NCBI GenBank assembly: GCA_029934165.1
Contig: JAOZMU010000001.1
Coordinates: 1-39,015, forward strand
Length of the DNA stretch: 39,015 nucleotides
Source: Bacteroidales bacterium
GTDB lineage: Bacteria > Bacteroidota > Bacteroidia > Bacteroidales > JAOZMU01
Reading direction: 5' to 3'
The notes under the pieces are model-generated. The model was not told the origin of the DNA and made no database searches. It worked only from the letters and a program-made list of their open reading frames with translations. The position numbers were made by a program, and so were the translations under genes. This document shows positions 34,308 through 39,015 of the stretch, piece by piece. Position 1 is the first letter of the stretch, and each line of letters begins with the position of its first letter.

Positions 34308-35504
34308 ATGCAAAGACGTAAAATTAAGTTTTCAGGGGGAAGAATATTCTCAAACATTCAACTATCAGAATTCAATAAAGATAAGCCTGTTGAATTAATC
34401 AGCTCTGCAAAGCAGGCGGATCCTTATTATGGAGATTTTTCCTACACGAAGGAGGAGCTCCAAGAAATGGCCGACAATCATAATAGCGATGTAGCAGGTG
34501 TTGAAATCGCGGTTGATGTAAACCACGACCCTAAGAAAAAAGCTTACGCTTGGATTGAGCCAGGCTCAATGTTTGTGGCAGATTCAAAAAACCTGGCCGG
34601 CGAATCCTCGCTTTACGCAAAGCTATACAGATTTACTCCTGAAGGAGAGGAGCTGGTAGAAACAGGGGCTTATCGATATTTTTCAATTGAGGTAAGAAAT
34701 AAGGTTGAAAAATTCGTTGATGGAGTGAAGCAAATATTTAATAATGTAATCAGAGGACTTGCGCTAACTAATGCGCCAGTTATAAAAGACTTGGCTCCCA
34801 CGTTTTCGGAAAATAATTTATATTCTAATTCAAAACCTATGGAATTACTCAAAATTCTATTAGCAGAACTCGCTAAACAGGAAACAGTATCGCTCTCAGA
34901 AAAAGCAAACATTAAAACAATGCTCAAGACTCTTTCTAAAGAAGATCAAGAAGAAGTCAAAGACGAAGTAAAAGAAGTCGAAGACAAGCCGGAACAAACA
35001 GAAGAAGAAAAAAAGGCTGCTGAGGATGCAGAAAAAGCATTATCCGAAGCAAAGGCAAAGGCTGAAGCAGACAAAAAACTTGCTGAAAGCAAAATGTCCG
35101 AAACGGAAAGAAAACTTGCCGAGCAAACTGCACAAATCGAAAAACAAAACAAAGAGCTTGCAGAAATCCGCATGGCTCGCAAATCTGAAAATCTTGACAA
35201 GGTTCTTTCTGAGGTGACTCTTTCAGAAGATGTTAAAGTCGGTTTTGTAGGAGAAGCAATCAAAGAAGTTAAAGAATTCGCTATGACTCTGAGTGAAGAG
35301 CAGGTGAAGGAATTTGTCGGTGTCATTAAAAAAATCAAATCAGTAGACCTCTCCGAAATTGGAGATGAAGGTGCTGATGACGGTAATGGCGACAAAGAAG
35401 ATAAAGAGCTTCATGAAAAAGCTGAAAAATTAGCTAAGGATGAAAAAATCAAATACTCCGAAGCTATTTCAAGAGTCTACAAGGAAGCTGGAAAAACATA
35501 CTAA
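34308..35504 (+). CDS. Prohead protease/scaffold fusion (Mu gpI-like N-terminal domain, K/E-rich coiled-coil C-terminal half)
   Basis: IAVDVNHDPKKKAYAWIEPGSM...LYAKLYRFTPEGEELVETGAYRYFSIEV matches the Mu-like prophage I pattern (vd.eH....a.GWi...l.a.v.wT..g...i....YrY.S.e). I use ATG 34308 rather than the TTG at 34230. Confidence 0.6.
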   Translation: MQRRKIKFSGGRIFSNIQLSEFNKDKPVELISSAKQADPYYGDFSYTKEELQEMADNHNSDVAGVEIAVDVNHDPKKKAYAWIEPGSMFVADSKNLAGESSLYAKLYRFTPEGEELVETGAYRYFSIEVRNKVEKFVDGVKQIFNNVIRGLALTNAPVIKDLAPTFSENNLYSNSKPMELLKILLAELAKQETVSLSEKANIKTMLKTLSKEDQEEVKDEVKEVEDKPEQTEEEKKAAEDAEKALSEAKAKAEADKKLAESKMSETERKLAEQTAQIEKQNKELAEIRMARKSENLDKVLSEVTLSEDVKVGFVGEAIKEVKEFAMTLSEEQVKEFVGVIKKIKSVDLSEIGDEGADDGNGDKEDKELHEKAEKLAKDEKIKYSEAISRVYKEAGKTY

Positions 35505-35530
35505 TTTTTATAAACTAATTTCTTAATATT

Positions 35531-35932
35531 ATGGGAAATACAGGAGCATTCAAAGACAACCCAAATAACGATTATTCGTTCATTGCTGAGGTTGCACTAG
35601 CAGTAAACTATGCCGCGGTAAAACTTGGTTCTGATACTGATTCAGTCGATTTGGCTGATGCCAATTCAGATACTGGAATTGGATTTGTACAAAGTCCACA
35701 GGCGACAGCAAATGCACCCGTCACGGTTAGAACTGCAGGGTTTTCTTTAGCGAAAGCTGGTTCTGGTGGAATTACTAAGGGAGACAAGTTAACACCATCA
35801 ACAGCTGGAACATTGGTTGCAACTACAACTGCGACGCATAAGGTTTGCGCGATAGCGCAAGAAACCTTAGCTGAAGGAGAAATTGGAGAAATTCAAATTA
35901 TCTCACCAGCAGTAAGGTATGATACCTTTTAA
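35531..35932 (+). CDS. Head decoration / DUF2190-family protein
   Basis: 133 aa rich in G/A/T, with the VKLGSD...GIGFVQ...PVTVRTAGFS..A.SGGITKGDKL....G.L pattern. It lies between the scaffold and the major capsid gene. Confidence 0.6.
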   Translation: MGNTGAFKDNPNNDYSFIAEVALAVNYAAVKLGSDTDSVDLADANSDTGIGFVQSPQATANAPVTVRTAGFSLAKAGSGGITKGDKLTPSTAGTLVATTTATHKVCAIAQETLAEGEIGEIQIISPAVRYDTF

Positions 35933-35957
35933 TTTTTAAATTCTAATTTTTCAAAAC

Positions 35958-36917
35958 ATGCCTAAATTACAAGGTACAACGACAAGTTACCCATTACGCA
36001 ATGTGTCGCTTGCATATAGCAATGACGGACTCAATTTTATCCACGATATTATCGCCCCAAAAGTGAAAGTTGTTCAACCAACCGGTAAGATTTATTCTTA
36101 CGGAACTGACGCGCTGAGAGTCTTGAATGATATTCGTTCAAGAGGCGGTAAATCAAAAGGTGTTGACTGGAGTCTTTCTTTGGCTTCTCACTACGACTTG
36201 GAAGATCATTCTTTACACACATATATTCCAGTTGAGGACTATGCAAATGAAGAGCAACCAATCGACCTAAAAAATGACACAACCGAAATTGTGACAGAAA
36301 TGATTATGGTTGCGAAAGAATATGCACTTGCTCAAGCAATGCAAAGTGTTTCTACAATGACACTCAACACAACTTTAACCGGAACTGACCAATGGAGTGA
36401 TTATGCTAATTCAGATCCTCTTGATGATATTTTAACTGGTATTAAGGCGGTAAAAACAGCGACTGGGAAAATTCCTAACACATTGATTCTTGCATGGGAT
36501 ACTCTTTTGACACTTCAGTATCATCCAAAAATCAAAGACTTGCTTCCGGGGGTACCAATGATTACAGAGCAAAACCTAAGAGATGCTATCTCAAAAATCT
36601 TTCCTGGGATTAAAAAGATTGTTGTCGGAATGGCAATGTATGAAGGTGCAAATCTTGGTGCGGTAATGGATTTAGGGGATATCTGGACTAGAACAGCAAT
36701 CGTTGCTTATATCGAACCAAAGCCAAAGAAAAAGTCTCGAACACTTGCTTACACTTATCAGCGAGAAATGAGTCGTGAGGTTCAGTTTATAGCTGCGAAA
36801 GGTTCGAATGATACTGACTTAATTACCCGAAAATCTGACTTCTTGCAAGTATCTGATGAGTACGATCAAGTCTTGGTTGATGTGAAATGTGGATATCTGA
36901 TAAAAGACACACAATAA
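35958..36917 (+). CDS. Major capsid protein (lambda gpE-like family candidate)
   Basis: 319 aa following the protease/scaffold and decoration genes. A strong hairpin terminator follows it. Confidence 0.7.
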   Translation: MPKLQGTTTSYPLRNVSLAYSNDGLNFIHDIIAPKVKVVQPTGKIYSYGTDALRVLNDIRSRGGKSKGVDWSLSLASHYDLEDHSLHTYIPVEDYANEEQPIDLKNDTTEIVTEMIMVAKEYALAQAMQSVSTMTLNTTLTGTDQWSDYANSDPLDDILTGIKAVKTATGKIPNTLILAWDTLLTLQYHPKIKDLLPGVPMITEQNLRDAISKIFPGIKKIVVGMAMYEGANLGAVMDLGDIWTRTAIVAYIEPKPKKKSRTLAYTYQREMSREVQFIAAKGSNDTDLITRKSDFLQVSDEYDQVLVDVKCGYLIKDTQ

Positions 36918-36981
36918 CATACTTCATAAACTAACCAATTGACGAGGGTGTAGTTGTAATCTCTACTTAATTAAATTTAAT

Positions 36982-37005
36982 CCTCCTCAAGTTTTATTGA
37001 GGGGG
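36982..37005 (+). terminator. Hairpin after the major capsid gene
   Basis: CCTCCTCAA-gtttta-TTGAGGGGG (9 bp including one G-U pair). The downstream T tract is weak. Confidence 0.45.
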
Positions 37006-37035
37006 AGAAGAATTTTATTACTAACATATTAAATT

Positions 37036-37440
37036 ATGTCTGAAACAGTCACAAAAGAAGAAGTAATCGCAAGGTTACAAGAAGCCGGATTCTCGGAAGG
37101 ATTCGAGAATGACAAAGAGGGGAAAGTTTATTTCACTGATTCCGAAGTTTTGGAATTGGAAGAATTGCTTCAAGAGGGTGAGGTTGAACCAGCGGAAGAA
37201 GGAGAAAGAAAACCAGAACCAGAAACAGAAGAGGAAGAAATTGAGGAAAAACCAAAGAAAAGAACACGAAAAAAGAAGGCTAAGGCAAAAAAAGAAGAAG
37301 TAAAAAATACCGGCAGAATTAAAATTGAATTGTTAGGAAATGTTAAAAATGTAGGAAGAAAAGGGGATGTAATGGAAGTAGATCACAATGCTATAGTCAA
37401 GAGGCTAATCGAAATTAAAGTTGCTAAAATTATTGATTAA
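37036..37440 (+). CDS. Highly charged protein with a C-terminal ribosomal-L9-N-like motif
   Basis: The central segment is E-rich then K-rich. The C-terminus IKIELLGNVKNVGRKGDVMEVDHNAIVKRLIEIKVA aligns by eye with the L9 N-domain consensus kVILLedVenlGkkGdvveVkdGYaRNyLiPkglA. Confidence 0.55.
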   Translation: MSETVTKEEVIARLQEAGFSEGFENDKEGKVYFTDSEVLELEELLQEGEVEPAEEGERKPEPETEEEEIEEKPKKRTRKKKAKAKKEEVKNTGRIKIELLGNVKNVGRKGDVMEVDHNAIVKRLIEIKVAKIID

Positions 37441-37451
37441 CAAATAACCAA

Positions 37452-37730
37452 ATGTCACGAATTACAAGAAAACAAGGATTTAAGGATGTAACAATTGCAG
37501 GAGCTGCGGTTGCCCTAAGCACTGACTTGGGGTTTTCTGAAATCACAATTCAGGCAAAAACAGACAATGACGGCGTTGTATATGTGGGAAACAGCCTCGT
37601 TGACGACACAAATGGAATAGAGATATTCCCTACTCAACAAATAACACTCGGAGCCGGGAGTTTAGCCGATATCTATATTGATTCAGCGAATAACGGTGAC
37701 GGGGTAAAATTCTTGTATACCGAATCTTAA
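37452..37730 (+). CDS. Small structural-module protein (hypothetical)
   Basis: 92-aa ORF from the track. Confidence 0.5.
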   Translation: MSRITRKQGFKDVTIAGAAVALSTDLGFSEITIQAKTDNDGVVYVGNSLVDDTNGIEIFPTQQITLGAGSLADIYIDSANNGDGVKFLYTES

Positions 37731-37741
37731 TTTAAAACACC

Positions 37742-38878
37742 ATGAGGAAATTATTAAGTGCGTTTCTTGTATTCGTAATGACAACCACTCTTGCAGTTGC
37801 TGCAAACAGTATGTGGTATCCGTCCGGGGATAAGGCAATCTTTGTTGTTCCGGGTGTTGATGAGGTTTGCAACTCTGCAGGCTCTCTGTGTACCCCTTTT
37901 GGGGCAGGTGGTGGAGATGTAACATCTTCCGCCAATATAACAGATAACTCAATTACACGAGGAGATGGTGGAGTGAAAGGGATCCAAGATTCTGGAGTTA
38001 TCATTGATGATTCTGATAATATTTCAGGAGTAAACGATTTTACTCTTAGCGGAGACTTTGCTACACCTTACGAAAATACAATCACAGTAGCTCAAAGCGG
38101 AGGGGATTATGACACAATCCAAGCAGCGATTAACGCAAGTGTAAGCGGAGATACTATTTTGATTTACGATGGAACTTATACAGAAAACATAACAACAAAA
38201 GCAGGAGCGATGACAACTCTTGTAGGAGTAGGGACAATGGGAAGTGTTATTATAGAAACTAACACAGGAACAGCCTTGACCGTGCCAAGTGCGATGATGA
38301 CAATGGCATTTGTAAAAAACCTTAAATTTAAATCAACTGCAACTGGAAACAACGCATCTAAGTTGTTTTATGGAGAAGGAACAATGACAACATTCAAGGA
38401 TGTTAGTTTTGATTATAATGTTAGCGATGGATATACAGAAGAAATTATTGATTTAGAAGCAGGAAATTATGTTTTCTCTAACTGTAGATTTGATTACGAT
38501 AGTACAGGAACTAACGGAGGAATGAACATTTTTATTAGTGCGAGTGGAAGTGTGAACTACAATATAATGCAAGGATACGGGACAATGAGCATTGACTCTA
38601 CCAGTTCAGCAGAGCATTTGCATTTTATTGGTGATAGTTCTTCTAATAATAATCTTATCAGAGACTTCGACCTGACAATGGAAGCTGTATCACCTTCATA
38701 CGGTGGACATTTAGATTTTATTCATTCAACAAATACAGGGAACATAGAGAGTTTAGGAAATAAAATAGCAATAACAACTCCAAGCGGAGTAGCTGGTTCA
38801 TACGGACAAGCTTATCATCTAGCAGGTTCAGGAGGCGGACATATTCATTCAACTTCTAATAATATAGAAATTGTATGA
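37742..38878 (+). CDS. Fibre/spike-like protein, N-terminal part: Sec-type signal peptide plus pectin-lyase-like beta-helix, ending at an in-frame TGA
   Basis: The N-terminus MRKLLSAFLVFVMTTTLAVAA has the n-h-c layout with AxA. GGDYDTIQAAINASVSGDTILIYDGTYTENI is typical of the start of a right-handed beta-helix. The start lies 11 nt after the previous stop. Confidence 0.7.
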   Translation: MRKLLSAFLVFVMTTTLAVAANSMWYPSGDKAIFVVPGVDEVCNSAGSLCTPFGAGGGDVTSSANITDNSITRGDGGVKGIQDSGVIIDDSDNISGVNDFTLSGDFATPYENTITVAQSGGDYDTIQAAINASVSGDTILIYDGTYTENITTKAGAMTTLVGVGTMGSVIIETNTGTALTVPSAMMTMAFVKNLKFKSTATGNNASKLFYGEGTMTTFKDVSFDYNVSDGYTEEIIDLEAGNYVFSNCRFDYDSTGTNGGMNIFISASGSVNYNIMQGYGTMSIDSTSSAEHLHFIGDSSSNNNLIRDFDLTMEAVSPSYGGHLDFIHSTNTGNIESLGNKIAITTPSGVAGSYGQAYHLAGSGGGHIHSTSNNIEIV

Positions 38879-39015
38879 TTTGGAAGCGATTATATTGGGA
38901 ACATAAATGCTACAGAGACATTATACTCACATTTTGATGATATTGTGGCAGTGGATAATATCATTGGAGACGGTACATATTCTTATGTAAACAGTCCAAG
39001 TGATGGAGATTTGCA
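38800..39015 (+). repeat. Right copy of the 216-bp imperfect direct repeat (partner 1-216)
   Basis: See the left copy. Confidence 0.9.
38879..39015 (+). CDS. In-frame continuation of the fibre reading frame after TGA, running off the 3-prime edge into position 1
   Basis: There is no stop from 38879 to 39015 in the same frame. The encoded peptide FGSDYIGNINATETLYSHFDDIVAVDNIIGDGTYSYVNSPSDGDL matches the peptide from nt 80-214 with mostly synonymous differences. Confidence 0.5.

Noticed and set aside
1-39015. Genome-wide TGA reassignment (code 4 or 25)
   Set aside because: Standard-code ORFs already tile nearly the whole genome with no other long gene interrupted by TGA. Several ORFs end in TGA in classic overlap contexts (ATGGATGA at 4794-4801, ATGA at 34043-34046, TGATGA at 17724-17729). 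Only the single fibre codon remains unexplained, so I keep it as a local observation.

Overview
The window reads as one complete tailed-phage genome of about 38.8-39.0 kb. It looks siphovirus-like with a Mu-like head module, is AT-rich, and has almost no Shine-Dalgarno motifs upstream of its start codons. The two ends (1-216 and 38800-39015) are 216-bp direct repeats, about 88% identical with no indels. They lie in phase inside one giant fibre-like ORF, so the sequence closes on itself. Two transcription blocks diverge from a control region at 28095-28465 and converge on bidirectional terminators at 14513-14748. The plus-strand block runs 28466 -> end -> 1 -> 14512. It carries the ParB-methyltransferase, terminase, portal-MuF, Mu-I-like protease/scaffold, decoration protein, major capsid, fibre, connector, major tail, chaperone, tape measure, distal tail, HNH, M15 lysin, tRNA(CAU) and holin. 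The minus-strand block runs 28094 -> 14749. It carries small regulators, an iteron origin, a DUF3987/primase protein, a dNTP diphosphohydrolase-like protein, SSB, a DnaQ-like exonuclease, a RecU-like nuclease, a Sak4-like ATPase and many small ORFs. I see no integrase, reverse transcriptase, CRISPR array or recognisable defence system. The observations most worth a second look are listed here.
- An in-frame TGA in the fibre ORF sits opposite GGA in the other repeat copy, and the sequence downstream is conserved mainly by synonymous changes.
- A cassette of signal-peptide and membrane proteins sits inside the head-tail module.
- A dense field of 13-bp iterons flanks an AT-rich tract next to the primase gene.
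- The divergent promoter region carries seven GTATTAC-type sites.
- A 40-bp promoter cassette occurs twice.
- Two structured non-coding leaders are present at 20519-20684 and 34213-34293.
- A ribosomal-L9-N-like motif occurs in a structural-module protein.
All functional calls come from motif recognition by eye, and no database search was run.
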